A DNA stretch of 64,000 bases from Alphaproteobacteria bacterium. Lineage in GTDB: Bacteria > Pseudomonadota > Alphaproteobacteria > JAAXGF01. Made by a program: the position numbers and the translations under genes. The notes beneath the pieces are model-generated. The model was not told the DNA's origin. It saw only the letters and a list, made by a program, of their open reading frames with translations, and searched no databases. Shown here piece by piece: positions 47,635 to 57,312 of the stretch (position 1 is its first letter; every line of letters begins with the position of its first letter). The stretch spans positions 1,504,001 through 1,568,000 of the forward strand of contig CAUVXB020000002.1 in the NCBI GenBank assembly GCA_963555825.3, read 5' to 3'.

Positions 47635-47645
47635 TGGTCCGACCA
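47635..47645. promoter_or_regulatory. FadR/GntR-type operator TGGTCCGACCA
   Basis: Palindrome matching TGGT-N3-ACCA in the divergent promoter region next to a FadR-type gene. Confidence 0.65.
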
Positions 47646-47738
47646 TATGCTAGACCAAATAAACACCAATTCAACCAATTCGTCGACTATAAAAAACGCC
47701 GAATGCAGAAACTGTCAAGCGGCATCCACAACGGAACG

Positions 47739-48449
47739 ATGACCCGCCCCACGGCAGCCGCCGACGGCGCGGCGCCCGACTATCCGTCGGCGCGCGGCGC
47801 GGCGGGCATCGCCGCCTATCTTCGGCGCGCCATCCTCGACGGGGTCTACCTCTACGGCGAGCGCCTGCCGGCCGAGCGCCAGCTCGCCGAGACGTTGTCG
47901 AGCTCGCGCTCGACGGTGCGCGAGGCGCTTGGCATTCTCGAGCAGAACAACTTCATTACGCGCCGTGTCGGCAGCGGCACCTTCGTCACCTACATGCCCG
48001 AGACGGTGGGCGACGACGTCGCCGAGATCACCAGCCCGCTCGAGCTGATCGAGGTGCGCCTCGGCGTCGAGCCCTCCATGATGCGGCTCGCCGCGATCAA
48101 CGCCACCGCCAAGGACATCGACCGCGTGCGCGACGCGCTCTCCCGGCTCGACAAGCCGGGCATCGACGCCAACAGCTTCACCAAGTGGGACCGTCAGTTC
48201 CACCAGCTGCTCGCCGACGCGACGCATAACCCGCTGATGATATCGATCTACCAGCACGTCAATCACGTGCGTGGGCACGCCCAGTGGAGCGAGATGAAGG
48301 ACAAGATACTGACCGCCGAGCGCATCGCCGGTTACAACCGACAGCATGTCGCCCTCTATCAGGCGTTGCGCAGCCGCGACGCCGACGCCGCGGCGCGTAT
48401 CGTCACCGAACACCTCGACGACGCCCGGCGCGATCTACTGGCGACCTGA
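47739..48449 (+). CDS. GntR/FadR-family regulator
   Basis: GERLPAERQLAE...SRSTVREAL...GSGTFV; FCD domain DRQFH...ATHNP. Start may be 47703. Confidence 0.92.
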   Translation: MTRPTAAADGAAPDYPSARGAAGIAAYLRRAILDGVYLYGERLPAERQLAETLSSSRSTVREALGILEQNNFITRRVGSGTFVTYMPETVGDDVAEITSPLELIEVRLGVEPSMMRLAAINATAKDIDRVRDALSRLDKPGIDANSFTKWDRQFHQLLADATHNPLMISIYQHVNHVRGHAQWSEMKDKILTAERIAGYNRQHVALYQALRSRDADAAARIVTEHLDDARRDLLAT

Positions 48450-48494
48450 GGCGCGAGCGGGCGCCGCGCCGGGCCCGCCTCCCGGCGCCGCCGA

Positions 48495-48517
48495 CTATCC
48501 ACGAAAGCTGTGGATAA
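48495..48517. promoter_or_regulatory. DnaA-box pair
   Basis: Perfect TGTGGATAA (48509-48517) facing the 7/9 match CTATCCACG (48495-48503). Confidence 0.5.
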
Positions 48518-48763
48518 CCCCGTTGACTAGTGAACGGTAAATCCCCCGAAGCCGCGTCAGGCTTCACTCCAGACATCATTGCCCAAAAATTGGGCAGGAA
48601 TTTTCAAGCGCTTGAAAATAAATACATAATCTGAAGTCAACTGAAAAGCGGACGGAGACCGAATTGAGTTGCCTGGTGGCCTATGGCGATGGCAGGAGCG
48701 TGTCATGGTGCTGTGCACAAATTCGGCCGTTCCGAGCCTTTTCACATGTTTGTTATCAAAGTG

Positions 48764-49930
48764 TTAAAGCCGTGTGTTAAGGCGTTCGATCTCCACGCCG
48801 ACGCTCGTCGTATCGGCGATCGCATCGAGTTTTTCGACCCGCACCCGCGCCGCCGCGACACGGCGATCGGCCATGCAGAAATCGCCGATCCGATCGGCCA
48901 GCGTCTCGACCAGCTTGACGTGGCCGGCGTCGACGATAGCCTTCACCCCGACGACGATGTCGTCGTAGGAGACGGTGTTGGCGATCTTCTCGCCGGTCGG
49001 CCCGGCATCGACGAGCGTCAGGTCGACGTTGACGCGCAGTCGCTGCGTCGTGTCCTGCTCGTGGCGGTGGATGCCGATCCGGCCCTCGAGCATCAGATCG
49101 CGAACGAAAATGCGCCGCGTGCCGGTCGGCCGCGTCGGCTCGGCGCCGGCGCCGGCCGGCAGGGCCGCGGTCAGGCTCGCGGGCTCGCGCGGATCGGGGC
49201 CGTCGAGATGCTCGCCGCCGTCGAGCGCGATCATCTGTCCGGTCATCGCCGGCGCCGCGAGGATGAAACGCAGCGCGTCGCAGACCTCGGCCGGCGTCGT
49301 GCCGCGGCCGAGCGGCAGGCTCGTGACATGCGCGGCGAATTGTGCGTCGGTTTGGCGCCGGCTGGGCAGGGCGGGGCCGGGCCCGATGCCGTTGACCCGG
49401 ATGCGCGGCGCCAGCGCCAGCGCCAGCGACCGGGTCAGCGACCACAGTCCGGACTTGCTTACCGTATAGGAGATGAAGCTGGCGCCGAGGTTCCAGACGC
49501 GCTGGTCGAGCAGGTTGACGACATTGCCTTCGACGCCGTCGGGAAGCTGCCGCGCGAAGCCCTGGGTCAAAACCAATGGCGCGCGCAAATTGACATCGAT
49601 ATGGCAGTCCCATGACGCGCGCGTGACGCTGTCGACGCGGTCGTTCTCGAACAGCGCGGCGTTGTTGACCAGCAGGTTGAGTGGGCCGATCGTGGCCACG
49701 GTGCGCGCCACCAGCTCGGCGGTCGCGGCCTCGTCGGCGAGGTCGGCGTCGATGGCGACCGCCGTACCGCCGGCGCCGGTAATCTCGTCGACCACCGCGC
49801 GCGCGGTCTCGGCCGATCGGTGGTAGTGGACGGCGACCGCCCAGCCGTGGCGCGCCAGGTCGAGCGCGATGGCGCGGCCGATGCGCCGGCCGGCGCCGGT
49901 GACCAGTGCGCTGCCGGGCGCGTTGGTCAT
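48764..49930 (-). CDS. SDR (FolM/pteridine reductase-like) fused to dihydroneopterin aldolase (FolB)
   Basis: TGAGRRIG, NNAA, YTVSK, DGG; linker; then IFVRDL...IGI...Q...VSYDD...LVETLA...VEKL. Confidence 0.88.
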   Translation of the reverse strand: MTNAPGSALVTGAGRRIGRAIALDLARHGWAVAVHYHRSAETARAVVDEITGAGGTAVAIDADLADEAATAELVARTVATIGPLNLLVNNAALFENDRVDSVTRASWDCHIDVNLRAPLVLTQGFARQLPDGVEGNVVNLLDQRVWNLGASFISYTVSKSGLWSLTRSLALALAPRIRVNGIGPGPALPSRRQTDAQFAAHVTSLPLGRGTTPAEVCDALRFILAAPAMTGQMIALDGGEHLDGPDPREPASLTAALPAGAGAEPTRPTGTRRIFVRDLMLEGRIGIHRHEQDTTQRLRVNVDLTLVDAGPTGEKIANTVSYDDIVVGVKAIVDAGHVKLVETLADRIGDFCMADRRVAAARVRVEKLDAIADTTSVGVEIERLNTRL

Positions 49931-49950
49931 GACCGCGCCGATCCCGGCGT

Positions 49951-50531
49951 TAGCCCGGAATTCCCGCCATGGACAGGTGCGGCACGGCGGATATCGGACG
50001 ACAGTCTAGGAAAAGCGTGCGGCGCGATGCCAGTACTCCCTTGCACGATTCCACGGCACGTAGGATCGCGTTTCCCGTTTCCTCGGCAGTCGGGGGCGTG
50101 ACGGCGATGCCGTGGCATCGCAGAGCGTTCCCGACGCCCCGAGGGGACGGGAAACGCGACCCGCAGGGCGGCCTTGCGCGGCCGCCGGCGGCGTTGCCCG
50201 GCGCTTGTGATGCGCCCAGCATCACAGCGCGCCGGGCGCCTTGCCGGACGACCACGCAAGGCCGTCCTACGTACCGTGGAATCGTGCAAGTGAGTACTCG
50301 CGCATCCTGCCTTCGCCGAAGCGAAGCTCCGGCTTCGCGCAGGCAGGCGGGCAAGCGCTTTGACGCCGCCTGTCGTCCGATATCCGCCGCCCTTCGGGTC
50401 GCGCCGGGCGGGCCGCCCGCGGCGTCGAAAGCCTTGCGCGTAGCCCAGGCTACGCGCGGCGGCCTTCTCCTGGCGGATCGAGCTCCGCCCGGCGCGATGA
50501 CGCGCCTGTCCATGGCGGGAAATCTGGGCTA
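49951..50531. mobile_element. 581-bp TA-bounded MITE-like element with nested inverted repeats
   Basis: 27-bp terminal IRs (25/27) and three internal IR pairs; partial second copy at 63340-63411. Confidence 0.75.
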
Positions 50532-50536
50532 GCGCG

Positions 50537-50941
50537 TCAGAGCGTGGCATGGCGCGCCCGCGCCGCGCGCTCGATGGCCGCCGCGACGAGGCGGTCGAGG
50601 TCGAGCTTGTAGCGGATGTACTCGAGCAGCCTGAGCTCTTCCTGGTCGGCCTCGAGGTCGGCGGCGGCGACGTCGCAGGCGAGCGCATAGGCGGTCTCAC
50701 GCAACGGCTCGTTGAGCGCCCCGGCGATCGTGTCGAGCACGGCCTCGAGTCCGTCGTCGGCGCCGAGCATCCCGGCGCAGGCCTCGGCGTCCGTGGTCAG
50801 CTGGGTCATGTCGACGCCCTTGAAGGCGGGCCAGGTGCCGACGATCTCGCCGATCGTCGCCAGCTCGGCATCGCTCATGTCGCCATCGGCGGCCGACATC
50901 AGGACCATGGTGTAAATCAACGCGGTATGGGGAGTGACCAT
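50537..50941 (-). CDS. TerB-family protein
   Basis: LIYTMVLMSAADG...ETAYALACDVAAAD...LDRLVAAAIER. Confidence 0.85.
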   Translation of the reverse strand: MVTPHTALIYTMVLMSAADGDMSDAELATIGEIVGTWPAFKGVDMTQLTTDAEACAGMLGADDGLEAVLDTIAGALNEPLRETAYALACDVAAADLEADQEELRLLEYIRYKLDLDRLVAAAIERAARARHATL

Positions 50942-51070
50942 CGGGGCCTCAATAAATGACAAATGAAGGGGATCGAGCGGACGAAGCGTCGCGCCGCCGT
51001 ATATTTAGGAAGCATTGCGGGCTTTGTACACCCCCCGCCCGACGTGCGGAAGAGATGGCTTCGACCCGCC

Positions 51071-53842
51071 TCACTCGGCCATCCTCGGTATCAGGAAGTC
51101 GCGTGTCGCGGCGATCGCCTCGGCGAGGCCGAGACGCTCGATCTCGATGCCTTCGGGGAAGGCGCCCAGCAGGCGTGACGGGATCGCCCGGTCGAGCAGC
51201 ACGAAGACGCCGCGGTCGTCGGCGCGGCGCACCAGCCGGCCGTACGCCTGCTTGAGCTTGAGGCGCACCAGCATGTCGTCGTAGCCGGCGCCGAAGGCTT
51301 GGCGCCGCGCGCGGTGCGCCAGGTCGGGCCGCGGCCAAGGCACGCGGTCGAAGACGATCAGCCGCAGACTCGGCCCCGGCACGTCGACGCCGTCGCGCAC
51401 CGCATCGGTGCCCAACAGGCAGGCGTCGCGCTCGGCGCGGAAGATGTCGACCAGCGTCGCGGTGTCGAGCGGATCGACGTGCTGGGCATAGAGCGTCAGG
51501 CCGGCGGCCTCGAGCGGCGCGGCGATGCGCCCGTGCACGGCGCGCAGCCGGGCGATCGCGGTGAACAGGCCGAGCGCGCCGCCGCCCGAGGCCGCGAACA
51601 GCTCGCGGTACGCCGCGGCGACCTGGTCGGCGGCGTCGCGGCGCACGTCGGTGACCACCAGGACCCGCGTCTGGCCGGCGTAGTCGAAGGGCGAGGGCAC
51701 CTGGGCGCGCAACGCCGGCGTCGCGAGGTGGCCGGCACCGGTGCGCGCTTCCGCCGCGCGCCAATCGGCCTCGCCGTCGCCGGTGCCGTCGCGCAGGCTG
51801 GCCGAGGTGATCAGCACGCCATGCGCCGGCCGCGCGACATGCTCGATGAAGGGCCGGGTCGGGTCGACCCAGTGGCGGTGCATGCCGACGTCGACCTCGC
51901 GGCCGTCGGCGCGCGTCAGCGAGAACCAGTCGACGAACTCGGCCGGCGTTTCGCCCGCCAGCTCGGCCAGCATGCGGCGCCAGCCGGCGACCTCGATGCT
52001 GCCGCGCCGGGCGAGACCGCGGCACATCGCCTCGATGCGCAGCCGGGTCGACGAATCGAGATCGGCCGCTTCGTCGTCGAGCAGCGCGGCGAGCCGCTTG
52101 GCGAGCGCCATCAGCGGCCGGCCCAGTTGGTCGAGCGCCGCGGCGAGCGCCGCCGCCGCGGCGAGCAGCCCGTCGACCGGCGGCCGTGTCTCGACCTCCA
52201 GGCTGTAGGCGCCGTCCTTGCCGCGGGCGCGCGCCAGCACTTGGCCGCGAACCGCGGCGAGGAAGGCCTCGGCCGGGCCGCGCGGCGCGCCCTCGGTGAT
52301 GCGTTGCGACCAGCCCGGGCCGGGCAGCACGCGCGCAGCCTTGAGAACCGCCTCGAGGTCCGCGGCGCCATCCTCGTCGTCGATCAGGTCGCCGACCCGG
52401 TTCTCCAGGCCGCGTGCGCGGCCGCGCCCGCCGCCCTCGGCGCCGAGCACCCAGCGCCGCAGCTCGGCGGCCTCGTAGCCCGACAGTTCGGCGGCGAAGG
52501 CCGCATCGGCGGCATTGAAGACGTGGTGCCCCTCGTCGAAGACGTAGCGCGTCGGCAGGAACGGGTCGTCGCCGCCGAGCGCCGCGTGCAGCGCCGCCTG
52601 GGTCATCACCAGCGCGTGGTTGGCGATCACGATGTCGGCGCGTCTGGCGCGCCGCACGCCGCGCTCGATGAAGCATTTGCGGTAGTGCGGGCAGGCCGAA
52701 TAGACACACTCGCCACGGTGGTCGGTGAGGCCGAGCGTGCGGCGCCGGCCGACGAGGTCGGTGAGCCACGCCGGGAAATCGCCGCCGACCATGTCGCCGT
52801 CGCGGCTGCGCCTGGCCCAGCGCGCCATCAGGCCGACCGCGACCGCGTCCTCGCGCCGCCCGGCGACGCCGCGCGCCGCCTCTTCCATGTTCAGCAGGCA
52901 CAGGTAATTCTCGCGCCCTTTGCGCAGCACGACCTTCTGCGCCTTGACGCGGGCGTCGGGATAGAGCCGGTCGAGCTCCTGGTCAATCTGGCGCTGCAGG
53001 TTCTTGGTGTAGGTCGAGAGCCAGACGGCGCCCTGGTTGGCCTCGGCCCAGAGGCTCGCCGGCGCGATGTAGCCGAGCGTCTTGCCGACGCCGGTGCCGG
53101 CCTCGGCGATGACGACGCAGCTGTCGTCGGCGTCGTCGCGCGGCTGGAACGCGGCGGTCACGGCGGACGCGTAATCGGCCTGCTCGGGCCTGGCCTCGGC
53201 GCCCGAGCCGAGCAGTGCCGCGAGCCGGGCGCGCGCGTCGGCCGGCGCGACGCCATGTGCCGCTGGTTGGCCGGGCGGCGCCTGCTCGCTCCACTCGGGC
53301 AAGCGCGTCCAGACGTCGAGCCCGCCGCCGCCGGCGGCGCGCACCGCGGCCGGGCCGAGCGCGGCGATCACCGCCGGCCCCCAGGACCACCCCGCGCGCG
53401 CCATGGTGACGGCGATCGGCGCCGCCTCGTCCTTGGCCTCGTCGTCGGCCCGTCCGAGCTCGGCGAGCAGCGCCCCGGCGGCATCCAGCAACGCCGCCGC
53501 CTCGGCCTCGTGGCCGTGCGGCGCTGCGAGGCCGAGCGCGTCGGCGAGGCCGCGCGGCGTCGGCCGGCAGAACTGCGCCGGGCGCGTGAAGGCGAACAGC
53601 TCGAGCAGGTCCAATGCAGCAAACGGCGCGCCGCCGAGGCGCCGCCGGACGGCCGGCGCATGGCAGACGATCGGCGCCGGCCCGGCCGTGGCTCGCGCCG
53701 CCGCCGCGGCGTGGTCGAGCGCCTCGATCTCGCCATCGACGCTGAGCCACACCGCGCCCCGCGCGCCGGCGACCAGCGCGGCGGCGCCAACATCGTTGGG
53801 GGGAGTTGTGTCGTCGGGCGATGAGGTCGAGCGGGCGGCCAT
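51071..53842 (-). CDS. dinG: DinG-family ATP-dependent helicase
   Basis: EAGTGVGKT, KGRENYLC, Fe-S Cys, ANHAL, DEGHH, TSASL, GVDVPG, QAYGRLVR. Confidence 0.92.
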   Translation of the reverse strand: MAARSTSSPDDTTPPNDVGAAALVAGARGAVWLSVDGEIEALDHAAAAARATAGPAPIVCHAPAVRRRLGGAPFAALDLLELFAFTRPAQFCRPTPRGLADALGLAAPHGHEAEAAALLDAAGALLAELGRADDEAKDEAAPIAVTMARAGWSWGPAVIAALGPAAVRAAGGGGLDVWTRLPEWSEQAPPGQPAAHGVAPADARARLAALLGSGAEARPEQADYASAVTAAFQPRDDADDSCVVIAEAGTGVGKTLGYIAPASLWAEANQGAVWLSTYTKNLQRQIDQELDRLYPDARVKAQKVVLRKGRENYLCLLNMEEAARGVAGRREDAVAVGLMARWARRSRDGDMVGGDFPAWLTDLVGRRRTLGLTDHRGECVYSACPHYRKCFIERGVRRARRADIVIANHALVMTQAALHAALGGDDPFLPTRYVFDEGHHVFNAADAAFAAELSGYEAAELRRWVLGAEGGGRGRARGLENRVGDLIDDEDGAADLEAVLKAARVLPGPGWSQRITEGAPRGPAEAFLAAVRGQVLARARGKDGAYSLEVETRPPVDGLLAAAAALAAALDQLGRPLMALAKRLAALLDDEAADLDSSTRLRIEAMCRGLARRGSIEVAGWRRMLAELAGETPAEFVDWFSLTRADGREVDVGMHRHWVDPTRPFIEHVARPAHGVLITSASLRDGTGDGEADWRAAEARTGAGHLATPALRAQVPSPFDYAGQTRVLVVTDVRRDAADQVAAAYRELFAASGGGALGLFTAIARLRAVHGRIAAPLEAAGLTLYAQHVDPLDTATLVDIFRAERDACLLGTDAVRDGVDVPGPSLRLIVFDRVPWPRPDLAHRARRQAFGAGYDDMLVRLKLKQAYGRLVRRADDRGVFVLLDRAIPSRLLGAFPEGIEIERLGLAEAIAATRDFLIPRMAE

Positions 53843-53880
53843 GCGGGCGACTATACCCCCCGGGCCGCGCGAATGCGTAC

Positions 53881-53973
53881 ACGTAAGCAGATGAATAAAC
53901 GTAAGCAGTATACATTTTCTCCGATCGCCTCGTGACGACTCGGGATGCGATAAAATGTATACTGCTTACGTTT
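53881..53973. repeat. Second cluster of the AT-rich 22-mer repeat
   Basis: Partial 53881-53890, full 53896-53917, inverted 53953-53973. Confidence 0.9.
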
Positions 53974-54014
53974 TATGATTGGTCCGCCCGGTGCCTTGCG
54001 CCACCGCGCCCGGT

Positions 54015-55418
54015 TCAGCCGAGCCGGTTGATGCCGTCCAGCGCGGCGGTCTTGTAGCACTCGGCGAGCGTCGGGTAGTTGAACACGGTGTTGACGAAAT
54101 AATCGATCGGCCCGTCGTGGGCGAGCACCGCCTGGCCGATGTGAACCAGCTCGCTGGCGCCCATGCCGAGCACGTTGACGCCCAAGAGCTTGCGCGTCTC
54201 CATGTGGAAGACGAGCTTTAAGAGGCCGCTCGAATCGCCGATGATCTGGCCGCGCGCAATCTCGCGGTAGGTCGCCTTGCCGACCTCGTAAGGCACGCCC
54301 GCCTCGGTCAGCTCCTCCTCGGTCTTGCCGACCGAGGAGATTTCCGGGATCGTGTAGATGCCGAAGGGAAACAGCTCGGGCACGCTCTTCACTTCGACGC
54401 CGAAGGCGTGGCAGGCGGCCAACCGGCCCTGCTCCATCGAGGTCGAGGCGAGCGCCGGGAAGCCGATGATGTCGCCGACCGCGTAGATATGCGGCACTTC
54501 GGTCTGATAGTACTCGTTGACCTTGATGCGGCCGCGGTCGTCGGCGGTGATGCCGGCGGCCTCGATGTCGAGCCCGTCGGTCGCGCCGGTCCGGCCGACG
54601 CTGTAGATCACTTTCTGGGTGACCACCTGCTTGCCGCTCTTGAGCGTGATGCGGACGTGCTCGCCGCGCTCGTCGTCGTAGGCCTCGATGCCGGCGACCT
54701 CCTCGCCGAGCCTGAGCGTCATGCGGTTCTGGCGCATCTGATAGACCAGCGCGTCGGTGATCTCTTCGTCGATGAAGGGCAACAGCTGGTGGCGCATGTC
54801 GATCAGCGTGACGCGCACGCCGAGCGCCGCGAAGATGGTCGCGTACTCGCAGCCGATGACGCCGCCGCCGACCACGGTGAGCGTCTTGGGCAGGTCCTTG
54901 AGATGCAGGATCTGGTCGCTCGTCAGGATGCGCTGCTGGTCGAACTCGATGTTGCCAGAGGTTGTCGCCGAGGTGCCGACCGAGACGACGATGCGCTCGA
55001 CGGCGACGTCGCGCTGGCCGCGCCCGTCGTTGTAGGTCAGGCGCACCGTGTTCGGGCCGACGAAGGAACCGGCCGCCGGCAGCAGGTCGATGCCGTTGCG
55101 CTGCAGCTGGTGGCAGGTCACGTCGATCTCGTTGCGGATGACTATATCGGCGCGGTAGAGCAGGTCGGACATGGTGATGTCGCGCTTGACCGAATAGGAG
55201 GCGCCGTAGATGGCGCGCTCGTGATAGCCCGACAGATGCAGCACCGCCTCGCGCAGCGTCTTGCTCGGAATCGTGCCGGTATTGATGCACACGCCGCCGA
55301 CCACCGCCTTCTTCTCTGCGATGGCGACGCGCTTGCCCAGCTTGGCGGCCTGGATCGCCGCCTTCTGCCCGGCCGGTCCCGATCCGATGACCAGGATATC
55401 GTAGTCGTCGTCTTCCAT
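54015..55418 (-). CDS. sthA: Soluble pyridine nucleotide transhydrogenase
   Basis: GSGPAG, GGVCINTGTIPSK (CxxxxT), GFPALAS, IYTIPEIS, FNYPTLAE. Confidence 0.93.
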   Translation of the reverse strand: MEDDDYDILVIGSGPAGQKAAIQAAKLGKRVAIAEKKAVVGGVCINTGTIPSKTLREAVLHLSGYHERAIYGASYSVKRDITMSDLLYRADIVIRNEIDVTCHQLQRNGIDLLPAAGSFVGPNTVRLTYNDGRGQRDVAVERIVVSVGTSATTSGNIEFDQQRILTSDQILHLKDLPKTLTVVGGGVIGCEYATIFAALGVRVTLIDMRHQLLPFIDEEITDALVYQMRQNRMTLRLGEEVAGIEAYDDERGEHVRITLKSGKQVVTQKVIYSVGRTGATDGLDIEAAGITADDRGRIKVNEYYQTEVPHIYAVGDIIGFPALASTSMEQGRLAACHAFGVEVKSVPELFPFGIYTIPEISSVGKTEEELTEAGVPYEVGKATYREIARGQIIGDSSGLLKLVFHMETRKLLGVNVLGMGASELVHIGQAVLAHDGPIDYFVNTVFNYPTLAECYKTAALDGINRLG

Positions 55419-55572
55419 CTGCCCTCACCCCCGTTCTCGGCCCCGGCGCGTCTCTGCGCGCTTGGCCGAACCACTCAGTGTGACCGCTTTGTCCGCGCGA
55501 CGCAATGCACGCGCCATTGACGGCCGCGCGCGATTTCCGCATGGTCCGCTCCGCTTGGAGTAGGATAGTGCG

Positions 55573-57153
55573 ATGACCAACGAACGCGACCTCGCCCTCG
55601 ACGGCGCCGCCTGGCCGTTCCGCGAAGCGCGCAAACTGCTGGAACGGACCGGCGGGGTGACGCCCGACAAGGGCTATGTGCTGTTCGAGACCGGCTATGG
55701 GCCGTCGGGCCTGCCGCATATCGGCACCTTCGGCGAGGTCGCGCGCACCTCGATGCTGCGCCACGCCTTCGGCGTCATGTGCGACATCCCGACCCGGCTG
55801 GTCGCCTTCTCCGACGACATGGACGGGCTGCGCGGCGTGCCCGGCAACCTGCCCGAGCAGGACATGCTGCGCGCGCATCTCGGCAAGCCGCTGACCGCGA
55901 TCCCCGATCCGTTCGGCAGCCACGAGAGCTTCGGTCACCACAACAACGCGCGGCTCTGCGCCTTCCTCGACAGCTTCGGCTTCGACTACGAGTTCATGAG
56001 CTCGACCGCGTGCTACACGAGCGGCAAATTCGACGCGATGCTGGTCAACGTGTTGCGCCACTACGACGCGATCATGGCGTTCATGCTGCCGACGCTCCGC
56101 GACGAGCGGCGCGCGACGTTCAGCCCGGTGCTGCCGATCAGCCCGCAGACCGGCAACGTGCTGCAGGTGCCGATTATCGCCGTCGACGCCGACGCCGGCA
56201 CGGTCGCCTTCACCGACGAGGACGGCGCCGAGGCCGAGGTGCCGGTCACCGGCGGCCATTGCAAGCTCGGCTGGAAGACCGACTGGGCGATGCGCTGGGC
56301 GGCGCTCGGCGTCGATTACGAGATGGCCGGCAAGGACCTGATCGACTCGATCAAGCATTCGAGCGAAATCTGCCGCATCCTCGGCGCGACGCCGCCCGAG
56401 GGCTTCAACTACGAGCTGTTCCTCGACGAAAACGGCCAGAAGATCTCGAAGTCCAAGGGCAACGGCATGACGATCGACGAATGGCTGCGCTACGGCAGCA
56501 GAGAGAGCCTGTCGCTGTTCATGTATCAGTCGCCCAGGAAGGCCAAGCGGCTCTACTTCGACGTCATCCCGCGCCACGTCGACGACTATGCGAGCCACCT
56601 CGAGAAATACGCCGAGCAGACGCCCGAGAAGCGCCTGAGCAACCCGGTCTGGCACATCCACGACGGCGATCCGCCGGCGCCGAGCCAGCCGATCACCTTT
56701 GGCGTGCTGCTCAACCTGGCGAGTGTCGCCAACGCCGAGGACACGAGCGTGCTGTGGGGCTTCATCGCGCGCTACGTGCCCGACGCGAGACCCGAAAGCG
56801 CCGCGATGCTCGACGAGCTCGCCGGCTACGCGGTCAACTACTACCTCGACTTCGTCAAGCCGAACAAAAGCTTCCGCGCGCCCGATCCGCGCGAACGCAC
56901 GGCGCTCGAGGAACTGGCGATGGCCTTGGCCGACCTGCCCGACGACGCCGAGGCGATCCAGTACGAGGTCTACGAGATCGGCAAGCGCCACGGCTTCGAG
57001 CCGCTGCGCGCTTGGTTCCAGGCGCTCTACGAGACGCTGCTGGGCCAGACCCAGGGCCCACGCATGGGCTCGTTCATCGCGCTCTACGGCCGCGCCGAGA
57101 CGATCGCCCTGATCGAACGCGTCCTCGCCGGCGAGGACCTCAGCGCGGCGTAA
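55573..57153 (+). CDS. lysS: Class I lysyl-tRNA synthetase
   Basis: [10 protein letters not shown] (HIGH), KISKSKGN (KMSKS), GPRMGSF. Confidence 0.96.
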   Translation: MTNERDLALDGAAWPFREARKLLERTGGVTPDKGYVLFETGYGPSGLPHIGTFGEVARTSMLRHAFGVMCDIPTRLVAFSDDMDGLRGVPGNLPEQDMLRAHLGKPLTAIPDPFGSHESFGHHNNARLCAFLDSFGFDYEFMSSTACYTSGKFDAMLVNVLRHYDAIMAFMLPTLRDERRATFSPVLPISPQTGNVLQVPIIAVDADAGTVAFTDEDGAEAEVPVTGGHCKLGWKTDWAMRWAALGVDYEMAGKDLIDSIKHSSEICRILGATPPEGFNYELFLDENGQKISKSKGNGMTIDEWLRYGSRESLSLFMYQSPRKAKRLYFDVIPRHVDDYASHLEKYAEQTPEKRLSNPVWHIHDGDPPAPSQPITFGVLLNLASVANAEDTSVLWGFIARYVPDARPESAAMLDELAGYAVNYYLDFVKPNKSFRAPDPRERTALEELAMALADLPDDAEAIQYEVYEIGKRHGFEPLRAWFQALYETLLGQTQGPRMGSFIALYGRAETIALIERVLAGEDLSAA

Positions 57154-57241
57154 GCGAACGCCGGGGACGCGCCCGGCGACTGCCCCTGGCATCCCGACGA
57201 ACTTGGATTTTATAACGGTGCGATCTTCATGGTGAGTTAAT

Positions 57242-57278
57242 ATTCTTATAATATTCTTATAATGTTCTCTTTATGTTC
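57242..57278 (+). promoter_or_regulatory. Alphaproteobacterial LexA box within an 11-bp tandem array
   Basis: ATTC-N7-ATTC-N7-GTTC-N7-GTTC; exact box at 57264-57278; TATAAT at 57285-57290. Confidence 0.7.
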
Positions 57279-57312
57279 TCTGGGTATAATCACCCATCGA
57301 TAGGAGATCGCC

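Noticed and set aside
48450-48763. Chromosomal origin of replication
   Set aside because: Only one perfect DnaA box and no hemE/dnaA/parAB context.
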